Shown: positions 25,377 to 34,500 of the stretch, in pieces
Layout: each line of letters opens with the position of its first letter
Position numbering within the stretch: the first letter of the stretch is position 1
Source: a virus
Taxonomy: Duplodnaviria > Caudoviricetes
Virus record (IMG/VR): IMGVR_UViG_3300011443_000031
Span: 1-39,980 of that record
Reading direction: 5' to 3' (one strand)
DNA: 39,980 bases
Translations under genes and position numbers: made by a program
Notes under the pieces: generated by a model
Seen by the model: the letters and a program-made list of their open reading frames with translations, nothing else
What the model was told of the DNA's origin: nothing
Databases searched by the model: none

Positions 25377-25586
25377 TCAGCTTGCGGGGGTGGTGTTCTT
25401 CTGGGCCTTGCGAGCGGCACGGCGCTCCGAGATCTTGGCCACACCGAACTTCCACGCAGCGGTGGCCGCTCCGAGGATGACAACGCTCACGACTGTGGCG
25501 ATGACTTCCTGGGTGACGGCCTTCCGGAGGTTGGAAGACGGCAGGGTTGGGATCTCGAAATCGACTGTGGTGGTCTCGGGTTCCAT
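25377..25586 (-). CDS. Cassette single-TM protein
   Basis: AAGGAG SD; TM segment followed by a basic tail. Confidence 0.8.
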   Translation of the reverse strand: MEPETTTVDFEIPTLPSSNLRKAVTQEVIATVVSVVILGAATAAWKFGVAKISERRAARKAQKNTTPAS

Positions 25587-25618
25587 TGAATTACTCCTTC
25601 TGTTGGGATGGGTGTCCT

Positions 25619-25643
25619 ATTCTACGCGTTGTTTTTTCTGCGA
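25619..25643 (-). promoter_or_regulatory. Phage promoter-like motif P7
   Basis: TCGCA-GAAAAAACAACGCG-TAGAAT-AGGAC. Confidence 0.8.
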
Positions 25644-25651
25644 GGAACGGA

Positions 25652-25957
25652 TCACTCGTCTTTGAGCTTTTCAGCCATTGGGCTGATCGACAGAGCCCCG
25701 ATGATGGGGTCGTGTGAAATAAGACCTGGCTCCCCGCATTCACGCAAGGCCAGAGCATCTTCGTTTCGGAATCTGGCGAGAACTTCTTCGCCATCAACCG
25801 AGGCAAACCACACGGCGCTTTGTGTGGGGCTGAAATATCCAGAAGCGAGGAGGAGATGCTCATTGAGCCAATAGATCTCCACATCTCCGAACGCATCGTC
25901 GTACTTCTCGTTCCGAACACTCTTGTTCAGAAGTCTCTTGGCTGCCTCAAGTTCCAT
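25652..25957 (-). CDS. Hypothetical protein (tandem paralog, DAFGD.E.YW)
   Basis: Aligns by eye with the adjacent gene from MELEAAK. Confidence 0.75.
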   Translation of the reverse strand: MELEAAKRLLNKSVRNEKYDDAFGDVEIYWLNEHLLLASGYFSPTQSAVWFASVDGEEVLARFRNEDALALRECGEPGLISHDPIIGALSISPMAEKLKDE

Positions 25958-26219
25958 CGTCGCCTGCATCGTTGCGCTCGATCAGACCCTTCTTTCCGTG
26001 CTTCCGAAGCTCGTCGGCTTCTACGCCTTGGAATGTGGCTGAGACACCAATGCCATCTCCGTCTGCAATCCAGACGTGATGACCAGATCGACCGAAATAT
26101 CCCTCGGCAAGACCTGTGCCGTCCTTCTCCCAATACACTTCAGCATCGCCGAAGGCATGGTCCTGAAGCTCACTCCGAACACAATCGTCGAGAAGCTCCT
26201 TTGCGTCTTGCAGTTCCAT
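25947..26219 (-). CDS. Hypothetical protein (tandem paralog, HAFGD.E.YW)
   Basis: AAGGAGG SD. Confidence 0.8.
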   Translation of the reverse strand: MELQDAKELLDDCVRSELQDHAFGDAEVYWEKDGTGLAEGYFGRSGHHVWIADGDGIGVSATFQGVEADELRKHGKKGLIERNDAGDDGT

Positions 26220-26231
26220 GAATATCCCTCC

Positions 26232-26954
26232 TTAAAAGGGGATGAGGTAGTTGTACGTGAATGTGATGCACGGACGCTTGTCGTCCGTCAGTGCAGTAGA
26301 ATATTGCAACTCCAACGCCTTGTTGGAATCCCATCCGCTGCGTGCCGACGTGTCTGTCGGCTGGAGACCGATCAGGTAGTACAGGTCGTCAAGAGTTGCT
26401 TCGTCGTGCTTGTTCAGCTTCTCGTTGATTGTGTTGACCGAACTACGCAACGTTTCCATGTCAGACATGAAATATCGTCCACTGTGCGTCTCCATGCACA
26501 GCACACTGCCTGTTCCGATCACCAAGACCGGTGGATTGTTGTGAACTCGATCCTGAGCGATCGAATCCCGAATTGCTTGCTCTTTCCGCTCACCAAGTTG
26601 CTCAGTGACTTTGTCTCGGTACTCCACGAATGCTCGTTCTGATGCTGCAAGAAGAGAATATGCGGCGACAGAACGCTTGATTCCGATTCGAGTCCCAGCA
26701 ACGATGCAGACGATTGTGACAGCGCCTGACGCTGCTGCTGGAATATAGAGCTTCCAGACGAGCTTGAACGACTCTTTCTTGTCGAGTACAGCCGCTGGAT
26801 CTTTTCGCCCAAGAACATGAGCAGCATCCCATGACGCCTTGCCACTGAAATATGCCGTCGACAAGACGCCAGTCACTGCTGCTCCACTGAGCAACGTTGG
26901 TGAGTTCCGCTTCGTATTCCGAACAACTTGGTTCAGAATGCGTCGTGGGTTCAT
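26232..26954 (-). CDS. DUF6353-like protein (paralog of 23043-23930)
   Basis: NSPTLLSG.AV.GV; WKLYIPA; SGRYF; L.DLY..IGL. Confidence 0.8.
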   Translation of the reverse strand: MNPRRILNQVVRNTKRNSPTLLSGAAVTGVLSTAYFSGKASWDAAHVLGRKDPAAVLDKKESFKLVWKLYIPAAASGAVTIVCIVAGTRIGIKRSVAAYSLLAASERAFVEYRDKVTEQLGERKEQAIRDSIAQDRVHNNPPVLVIGTGSVLCMETHSGRYFMSDMETLRSSVNTINEKLNKHDEATLDDLYYLIGLQPTDTSARSGWDSNKALELQYSTALTDDKRPCITFTYNYLIPF

Positions 26955-27076
26955 CGGCGATTCCTCATCTCTCTCACGAACACCCAGATCAACCAGAACC
27001 CGGCCGTGAAACAGGTCATGATGATGTCAAACAGGAAATTGAAGAAGCCATATGGCCTGCGGCAGCAGTGCGTCAT
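26951..27076 (-). CDS. 41-aa membrane protein (not in ORF track)
   Basis: FLFDIIMTCFTAGFWLIWVFVREMR; coupled at both ends. Confidence 0.75.
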   Translation of the reverse strand: MTHCCRRPYGFFNFLFDIIMTCFTAGFWLIWVFVREMRNRR

Positions 27077-27228
27077 GATGCTTCCTCATTCAGCTCATCG
27101 ATTTCTTGGCGAGCCTTCTGGGCGTTCTTCCTGACCTTGGGAACCAGGTTGAACCAGAACCCAGTGCTCAGGTAATCCTTGCCGGATTCCTTCACAGCAT
27201 CTGCGATGATGCTTCGCTTTGTCTTCAC
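27073..27228 (-). CDS. 51-aa protein (not in ORF track)
   Basis: AAGGAG SD with GTG start; ATGA coupling. Confidence 0.6.
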   Translation of the reverse strand: MKTKRSIIADAVKESGKDYLSTGFWFNLVPKVRKNAQKARQEIDELNEEAS

Positions 27229-27258
27229 TTCGTTCTCCTTCGGGTAGGCAAAAATAGA

Positions 27259-27312
27259 ATGAGAAGAAGTATGACTTTACGTCACACGTTTTTGCATTTC
27301 GGATCTTCTCAT
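27259..27312 (-). ncRNA. 54-nt hairpin element S2 directly behind promoter motif P8
   Basis: ATGAGAAGA-N36-TCTTCTCAT followed by TCTATTTTT. Confidence 0.5.
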
Positions 27313-27335
27313 ACTATACGTTGTTTTTTCTGCGA
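27311..27335 (-). promoter_or_regulatory. Phage promoter-like motif P8
   Basis: TCGCA-GAAAAAACAACGTA-TAGTAT-GAG. Confidence 0.7.
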
Positions 27336-27337
27336 GC

Positions 27338-27366
27338 AAAAACCTAAGTCCTTGCGGACCTAGGCT
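27338..27366 (-). terminator. Intrinsic terminator (GCAA loop)
   Basis: AGCCTAGGTCC-GCAA-GGACTTAGGTT-TTT. Confidence 0.8.
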
Positions 27367-27383
27367 CCATTGATTGGTAGGGA

Positions 27384-27593
27384 CTAGTGGCGGGTGAATC
27401 TGGCGATTACGACTTTGCGAATCGTGTCGGCCAGGACGTAGGCGACAGCCGCGTGAGCGATCTTGTCGACGATCACCTCAACGGTATGGCCGATGATGGC
27501 GGTCTTACCTTCGAGGGTCACATCAACGTGACCGTTCTGCGGTGGTGCGTCTGCGTTCTTGGTCTTCACGAGTCGGAGCTGTAGTGCTCGCAT
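27384..27593 (-). CDS. Cassette hypothetical protein
   Basis: Start MRALQLRLVK with GAAAGGA SD. Confidence 0.75.
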   Translation of the reverse strand: MRALQLRLVKTKNADAPPQNGHVDVTLEGKTAIIGHTVEVIVDKIAHAAVAYVLADTIRKVVIARFTRH

Positions 27594-27618
27594 GTGGATT
27601 CCTTTCGTTGTTGTTCCT

Positions 27619-27643
27619 ATTACAACCGTTGTTTTTGCTGCGA
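27619..27643 (-). promoter_or_regulatory. Phage promoter-like motif P9
   Basis: TCGCA-GCAAAAACAACGGT-TGTAAT-AGGAA. Confidence 0.8.
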
Positions 27644-27698
27644 ACCCCCCGGGATTTTTTTGGAACTGAAAAAATGAGTAATCGATGTAATAGCGGCG

Positions 27699-27750
27699 AA
27701 AACCCACAAACCATGCGAGATCTTGTTGGATCTTACACGGTTTGTGGGTT
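27699..27750 (-). terminator. Long hairpin terminator
   Basis: AACCCACAAACCGTGTAAGATC..GATCTCGCATGGTTTGTGGGTT-TT. Confidence 0.75.
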
Positions 27751-27777
27751 CTCTACCACTGATGGGGTGGTGATGTT

Positions 27778-28065
27778 CTATGGCTTGGACTTCAGGATGA
27801 ATGCGAGTCCTTTGGAGCCCAGGACATGATGCTTCTCGGCGAGCACGATGATCAGGATCCCGAAGAGGTTACCTGCTACCAAGGCCATCGTGTCAGGCGT
27901 GATCTTCTTGCGTGCGTTTGCAGCTTGAAGAGCGACGACTTCCTGGAAGTACTTGAGCAGCTTGTAATACTCGGGGGATCTCGGACCGACCGTGTCCATC
28001 TCGAGCTGGATCTTGTCCAGGACTTCGTTGACTCGGTTATCAGCCTTTGGTGTTCTCTTGAACAT
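27778..28065 (-). CDS. Cassette membrane protein
   Basis: ITPDTMALVAGNLFGILIIVLAEK..VLGSKGL; GAAAGGA SD (start 28065 or 28071). Confidence 0.8.
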   Translation of the reverse strand: MFKRTPKADNRVNEVLDKIQLEMDTVGPRSPEYYKLLKYFQEVVALQAANARKKITPDTMALVAGNLFGILIIVLAEKHHVLGSKGLAFILKSKP

Positions 28066-28089
28066 CGGCATCCTTTCGGTTGGTTTCCT

Positions 28090-28114
28090 ATTCTAACCGT
28101 TGTATTACTTGCGA
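28090..28114 (-). promoter_or_regulatory. Phage promoter-like motif P10
   Basis: TCGCA-AGTAATACAACGGT-TAGAAT-AGGAA, immediately after the holin stop. Confidence 0.75.
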
Positions 28115-28480
28115 TCAGGAAATATCAGAATTAGCAGGAACCACCCGGAAGGTCACTTCTTTCTTGTTCTCGAGTTCGTCCAAATCCCCTCCAACTTCGA
28201 GAGAATATAGAACGCCTCCTTCTGGCTGTGGAATGACGACCATGTCGCCCACGTACTTTTCGGGGCTGTTGTTGTAGTTCCTCGCTGAGAGGCCTACCAT
28301 TGCGCCCAGGAGCAACGAAATAGCGGCTAGGGTACCTGCCACCTTCTCGACCTCTGGGAAGTCCCACAGCGCCCCCACAGTAATATAGAAGGTTGAGAGC
28401 GCTGGCAGGATGATCTGGACAGTGAATTTGATTCGGTCATACCACTTTCCGGTAATCATGAACCCTGAACTTTCACTCAT
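28115..28480 (-). CDS. Holin (Dp-1-like family)
   Basis: YD.IKF.VQIILPAL.TFY..VGALW...EKV.GTLAAI.LLLG.MVGLS...Y; two TMs. Confidence 0.85.
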   Translation of the reverse strand: MSESSGFMITGKWYDRIKFTVQIILPALSTFYITVGALWDFPEVEKVAGTLAAISLLLGAMVGLSARNYNNSPEKYVGDMVVIPQPEGGVLYSLEVGGDLDELENKKEVTFRVVPANSDIS

Positions 28481-28575
28481 GAAGTGAATTCCTCTCGTAA
28501 TGGCTGAATGATATAGAGAATCATGAGGAGGAACACCAGAATGATGCTACCTCCCACGATTGGCTTTGTGGTCAT
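28477..28575 (-). CDS. 32-aa TM micropeptide (not in ORF track)
   Basis: MTTKPIVGGSIILVFLLMILYIIQPLREEFTS; GGAGG SD. Confidence 0.6.
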   Translation of the reverse strand: MTTKPIVGGSIILVFLLMILYIIQPLREEFTS

Positions 28576-28578
28576 GGA

Positions 28579-28668
28579 CTACCTCCGAACAAAGATGATG
28601 TAGAGAGCGAGAATGAGAATGATCACCAGCAAAACACCGCCGCCGATGTATACGCCGTCTGCTAACAT
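28579..28668 (-). CDS. 29-aa TM micropeptide (not in ORF track)
   Basis: MLADGVYIGGGVLLVIILILALYIIFVRR; AGGAGG SD. Confidence 0.65.
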   Translation of the reverse strand: MLADGVYIGGGVLLVIILILALYIIFVRR

Positions 28669-28669
28669 G

Positions 28670-29185
28670 TCAACCTCCTATCGTTGGTGTTGTAGTTTCT
28701 GGGGACAGGACCGTCGGTCCTATTGGGCATGGAAGCGGGTTGCCCTGATTCTCATAGTTGATCTTGGCTTGTTCGGCTGCACGGGTTGAGGCCGTGAACG
28801 CTTCCAATTCCGCGGCCTTTAGACGCAACTTCTCCAGTCGATCTGGATCTTCCGTGTTCGTCAAAATAAGAACGTAGTCCGACAGTAGGTTGAGCTGTTC
28901 GTCTCCGTTTTGATCCGTGATCGATTCGTATCGACGTCGACATTCGGCTTTTTCTTGATTCGCCCTGTCAATAACTCGTTCTTCAGACCGAAATTCATTA
29001 AGCTGCACTTTGAGATCGTCTGCTTCGTAGTGCTTGTCGACGATTACCAACGCGGTCACGATAAGAGCAAACAGAAGGACAGCCATTCCAGCAATATCAC
29101 GAACGATAGCTAGTCGACTGGTTCTGTCAGTTCGACCAATCTTAATCACACGTACTTCGCCACTGATTGGTTCACTTTGATCCAT
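28670..29185 (-). CDS. Membrane-anchored coiled-coil protein (lysis cluster)
   Basis: One TM, a helical domain, two Cys and a Pro/Thr tail. Confidence 0.75.
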   Translation of the reverse strand: MDQSEPISGEVRVIKIGRTDRTSRLAIVRDIAGMAVLLFALIVTALVIVDKHYEADDLKVQLNEFRSEERVIDRANQEKAECRRRYESITDQNGDEQLNLLSDYVLILTNTEDPDRLEKLRLKAAELEAFTASTRAAEQAKINYENQGNPLPCPIGPTVLSPETTTPTIGG

Positions 29186-29555
29186 GACACTCCCTCAGTT
29201 CTCGACGTAAAGAACGTACTTCTTCTTTCAGCGCAGATATAGTCGTCTCATGAGCCTCCACCTTTGCGGCAAGACGTGCGTTGTCCGCATCACTTCTGGC
29301 AAGAGCTGATAGGAGAGATGCTTGACTCATTTCAAAAGTGTCCATTCGATTCGTATGAGTGGACTCCAGATCCTTCTGTCTCTTGGCTTCACGTCGCAAC
29401 ATGATTGTGTTGTATGCCACTAACAAGGCAGCCATACCCGCAAAGCTACCAAATATGGTAGTCAACCCATCTGCTTGAGCAATGACAATCCCTTCGATCT
29501 TGCTATACATGAGTAGCAAAACAGAAGCGATTACATACGACAGAACGAACATCAA
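29172..29555 (-). CDS. Membrane protein with C-terminal coiled coil (lysis cluster)
   Basis: Two hydrophobic segments followed by heptad repeats. Confidence 0.75.
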   Translation of the reverse strand: MMFVLSYVIASVLLLMYSKIEGIVIAQADGLTTIFGSFAGMAALLVAYNTIMLRREAKRQKDLESTHTNRMDTFEMSQASLLSALARSDADNARLAAKVEAHETTISALKEEVRSLRRELRECHGSK

Positions 29556-29561
29556 TCCTCC

Positions 29562-30635
29562 TCACAAAGCGCGAAGAGATGGGTAACCGTGCTGGCCTGT
29601 TTCGTCGACAGTTAAAATATGCTCAGTTACACGCATCGCTTGGGCGGTCGAAAACTCTCCAAACACCATGACAAGATCACCAACGTCGTAGTGAATCTTG
29701 AACTTTGGCCTAGCCGTTTCAGAAATTCTTGCTTGGATCAGAGCGATTCGCACCTGATCATCCAAGGCCGTTTGACCTCGAGCAGCAATAACGTCGCTAG
29801 CTGTACCTGGGGAGTAGTCGCCTTCAATGTCATTCGCGTCGACATACATGACCCGCCGGTTTAACCCTGTAACGCCCGACAACAGCGCTCGAGTACGATA
29901 TAACCGTGCATACGTCTTCGCCGCAATAGCAGCGTAATTCTTGTATGCGCGATCGCTCCAGAAATACTTAGCGTCTACGAGATCTTGGTAGAGAGCGTAG
30001 AACACCACGTCGTCAGTTAGATCCAGACCATCATGAACAACAAGTTGCATGTTGTTCCCTGCCACAATGGGTCGGATCGTCTTCAAACCACCGTCTGATA
30101 GTCCGAGTAGTTCAACCACTCGAGAATATACGTTGCCGCGTTGAATGGCAACAACCATGTCTGGATCTTCTACCCGCATCGTCATTACGATAGTTAGGTA
30201 GTCAATCTCGTCATCTGCACTAGCGGTTCCATCCTCGAGTGAATCCCTGAGAAGATCTCTGGCGGTCTTGCATCCAGATTGATTTGGGCTCACCTGTGTT
30301 ATCGCGTCACCAGTAATAGGATCGTTCAGAGGATCGTATGATCCTTCTGTAACTCGATTCTCGGCGAACGTCTCGAAGCTTCGACCGGTGATGACGATCT
30401 TCAAGCCCTTTTCTTCATCTCTCGTGATTTCGTGATCTTCAACACGCATCACTTCACGAGTATCTGTATGTGAGACAAGAGACCCCCGGGGCAATTCGTT
30501 CAGAACGGCAATGCGATCAGCCACTGTGAGCTGAAAGTCCCCCGGGTCCAAATATCGCTCTGTCCACTGCAGACTTTCGAACTTCTTGACTGTTGGGCCT
30601 GGCATCCGATTGCTGTTCAGTACGAATAGCTCCAT
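29562..30635 (-). CDS. Minor tail protein (Siphovirus Gp37-like)
   Basis: FESLQWTERY..PGDFQL; YDVGDLV; second gene after the tape measure. Confidence 0.85.
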   Translation of the reverse strand: MELFVLNSNRMPGPTVKKFESLQWTERYLDPGDFQLTVADRIAVLNELPRGSLVSHTDTREVMRVEDHEITRDEEKGLKIVITGRSFETFAENRVTEGSYDPLNDPITGDAITQVSPNQSGCKTARDLLRDSLEDGTASADDEIDYLTIVMTMRVEDPDMVVAIQRGNVYSRVVELLGLSDGGLKTIRPIVAGNNMQLVVHDGLDLTDDVVFYALYQDLVDAKYFWSDRAYKNYAAIAAKTYARLYRTRALLSGVTGLNRRVMYVDANDIEGDYSPGTASDVIAARGQTALDDQVRIALIQARISETARPKFKIHYDVGDLVMVFGEFSTAQAMRVTEHILTVDETGQHGYPSLRAL

Positions 30636-31513
30636 TACACTCCCCAGAATCTAGGTGTGTACCTCGCGTAATCCCAAACCATCCAACCCGGAGCCACATT
30701 CCATTCAAACGCGTTGATGCCAGGATATAGCTTTGGCCAAACAGCACCAGCGTTCAGATAGCCCGCAAGGTCAGTAACTACCGAAGCCCGTGTGACATAC
30801 ACCTGCCGCTCACCAGGATGAGTGTTAAGTGTGATGATGTCGTTGTCCAAGAAAGGATATGTCACCTCGAACCGGTTCGATGGTTGTACCCCACCTTGTC
30901 TGCGAACGTGTGAATGATCGAAGAAGGCGAAGTCGTTGTGGTTAGCGGTTACTGTCCACTGCATCTCCAAACCTGCTGGTGCTGTTCCCTCTTGATACGG
31001 AATAACCACCTTTGAGGGATCGAGCAACGCCAACGGAATGTCTACTGCTTCAGGGGCGTTGAATTCGCCCTTCTCACACTCGATCGTCAACAACATCTCT
31101 GGGCGGTTGGTGAAATGGCTAGCCTCTGGACGGCTAATATAGCCAACCGCTTGCGCTACGATCAGTGAATCATGCATCAGCTTGACCAACATCGTCCTGG
31201 AGACGAACTGGTACAACTCGTCACGAAGACGACTGTATGTATGGCTCAGCGTCGGCTGGAGACCGATCTTGAGGACCAATTGACGCTTCTCAGGAACGTC
31301 TTCAATGTTCGGAACGCCGTTGATGTCAAACCCGTCTACCACCTGAACAAGTTCAGTGGGGTCCAATCCAGCGACGGCCTTGAGAATATAGCCGTTGTAC
31401 CCGGCAGACGAATCGACGTTTAAATCGACCGTCTGCAACGGGTACGAGACTGGAGGGAATGACAGCTTCGTCATTGGATTCTCTTCTTCGAGACGAACTT
31501 TCGTGATGATCAT
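30635..31513 (-). CDS. Distal tail (Dit-like) protein
   Basis: Follows the tape measure; ILKAVAGLDP and WPKLYPGINAF. Confidence 0.8.
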   Translation of the reverse strand: MIITKVRLEEENPMTKLSFPPVSYPLQTVDLNVDSSAGYNGYILKAVAGLDPTELVQVVDGFDINGVPNIEDVPEKRQLVLKIGLQPTLSHTYSRLRDELYQFVSRTMLVKLMHDSLIVAQAVGYISRPEASHFTNRPEMLLTIECEKGEFNAPEAVDIPLALLDPSKVVIPYQEGTAPAGLEMQWTVTANHNDFAFFDHSHVRRQGGVQPSNRFEVTYPFLDNDIITLNTHPGERQVYVTRASVVTDLAGYLNAGAVWPKLYPGINAFEWNVAPGWMVWDYARYTPRFWGV

Positions 31514-34500
31514 CTGGTCAACTCCTCCTTTGCCATGGTCAGCTGGTTCCTGGTGTTTCGGTAAATATCAGACGTCGACAACGCCTTCGGTGAATTGATG
31601 ACTTGGTTGAAAGTGACCTCTCGACCAGTAGTGTCAATGGTGTCAGACGAGATTTCCTCATCCCGAGTACGTGTGGCGAGGATCGACGCTTGTGACGTTG
31701 ACATCTCCACATCCAATGACGCTCCAGACTTGAACAACCCAGCCAAGTTTCGACTCCCATTTTGAACCTGTGACAGATCTAGTACAGGAGTGATGACGGG
31801 GTTGAACTCGTCCATGTTGCTAAGACCTTCGGTCATCTTCCTAATCGTGTCGTTGAAAGACGTGGTGTCAGGGTTGAAACCGTCAGTCACCTTACGACTC
31901 ATTGCATCCATCGCTTTACCAATGGGTTGCGCCGAATGATCAATACCGATGACCAAGCCCGCACCCATCATCTCGCCAACCCACATGAACCATCTAGAAG
32001 GAGAGAAGATGTCGAAGATGCCGGTAACTTTGTCTTTTACCCAGTTGAAGATGCCCAGAATCTTGTCTTTGACTTCCTCCCAAGCCTTCTTGATACCTTC
32101 CCACAATCCGTTGATGATCTTCTTACCGATGTCCAGAAGGAAAGTACCAGCGTCACCAAGCCATCCGACAATCCGACCACCCATCCCCTGGAACCAAGTG
32201 ACAACGCCTTCCCAAAAGTCGGTGATCCCCTTGAACAGACCTCGAATGATGTCCCACCCCTTGTCGAACAACCAGTCGACAGCGGTAAGGAAGAAGTCAC
32301 CAATCTTTCCAGGCAGGTCTACGAACCAGTTGACGACGAACTCGAAGAAGTCCTTGATGCCGTCCAGCAAACCTCGGATGATGTGGATACCCTTGTTCTT
32401 CAACCACGTCAAAGCGTCTGTGAAGTAGCCGAGAATTGTGCCAGGGAGTGAGGTAAACCAGTTCCACACCGTGGGCGCGTAGTTTCCGATTCCAATGAAG
32501 AATCCTTCAAGGAGGTCCCAACCCGTATCCAACAACCAATCCCCAACATTCAGAAGGAGATCCAGAATCGCTCCAGGAAGGTCAAGGAACCAGGTCCAGA
32601 CTGCTTCAGCACCAGCGACGATTCCGTCCCACAACCCACCAAGAATGTCCTCTCCAACCGGAAGCAACCACTCACCTGCATCTGCAAGCTTCTCGATTAC
32701 TCCGGAGATGACGTCCTTGATGAACATGAATACGGCGTCGATGATCTCTGGTGTCTTCTTGCCCAGAGCGTCGAGGAAGTTGGTAATGATGTCGACCACG
32801 GTGTTGGTGATCTCGACGATGTTGTCCTTGATGCCATTGAGAAGTGACATGAGCATGTCGAAGCCGAGCTGTACCAGTTCTGGGAAGACAGCACGAATAA
32901 GAGCAATACCTTCGAGGATCAGCGTCTTCAACGTTTCCATGATCAACGGAATGTTGTCGATCACCAACTGCAGAATCGCCTGAAGAGCAAGACTCAATCC
33001 CGGGATGATCTCAGGAAGCGCAGCGACAACTCTCTTGACGATCTCAATGAGACCTTCGCCGAGTGCAGCAATGAACTCCGGAAGAACCTGAATAAACCCA
33101 TTCAATGCTTCAAGCAGAACTGCTACACCTTCGCTACCCATCGCCGCAAGATTACCCAACCCTGTGGCAATCAAATATATGGCCGTACCGAACAGAACCG
33201 CGGCGATACCAACAACTGTTAATGCAGCACCAAGTGCGAGCAGAGGAACAATCAACGGCTCCATTAGGAAAGCCGCAGCAGCTAAGACGCCAAGCGTCAA
33301 AGCCAATCCACCAAGACCCTTGAGAAGATCGCCCCACTTCATTTTGGCGAATTCCTTAAGCCCAGTAGCCAGCTTTGACAACGCAAGTGCCATAATGCCA
33401 ATTGCAATCGCTCCACCGATGCTGCCCTGCATTACCAACCCTGCAGCAGCAAGAATAACCAGCGTTCCAGCAATTCCAACAAGTCCTCGTGCGAGTTCGT
33501 TCCAATCCAAACCACTCAAAGATATGATTGCGACCGACATAGACTCCAACCCGACACCAATGGCAAGAAGCCCAATGCCTGTGAGAATCATGTTGCCTGG
33601 CATTAGATGCATAGCTCCAGCGATAATGAGTAAAGATGCGCCGACGCCGGCCAAACCCTTACCCATATCTGACCAATCCATACCAGCAAACGATTTCACG
33701 GCAAGCGCAATGATGTTCAGAGCAGTAGCGAGTGCCACCATTCCTAGACCCTTCAGCAGCATCCCGTCTGGCATGAGTTGCATTGCCCCGGCGACAATAA
33801 GAAGACTGGTTCCAACACCAGCCAACCCTTGCGCCATCTCTTCCCAATTCATTTCAGCGAACGACTTAGCAGCCAACGCCATGATGTTCATCGCCACAGC
33901 AATTGCCATGATACCAATGCCTGCTCGAATCATTCCACCAGAGTTAGCTGACAGCGGCCCAGAGGCAAGAGACAACGCAACCAGCATTGCCCCAACCCCA
34001 ACGATGCCCTTCGCCAACTCTTCCCAGTCCAACGTGGCAAATATCGCTGCAGCTGCCGCCAAGACGACCATTGCCCCAGCAATGATGACCAAAGCGCCGG
34101 AGAGCGTCGCTAGCTTTGCAGCTCCGACTGGACCAGTGATCACCTTGTCAAGCAGTGCCAACGAAGTGACCAAATATCCGAAGCCAATAGCCATAGCCGC
34201 CATCGACGAGACAAGCTTCTCGCCATCCAGCAAGGACAAGATCACAATTGAAGCAGTCAGAAGTGCCAACGCTTTAGCGATCGACAACAGGGCCTCGGCT
34301 TTGAGCTTCAACTGCATCGCTTCGAGCGTGTCCGTTACTTCTTTCAGAACAGCGCTGGCATTCTTGATGAAACCACTTGCCCCCTTGAACAGGTCAAAGA
34401 ATTGCTTGAAGAACAAACCGACGCCAGCAAAAGCTGCTCCAGTACCAAATTTGGCAAGTGTATCCCATTCAGGTGTGTTGAACGTTTCGCCAAGCTTTTC

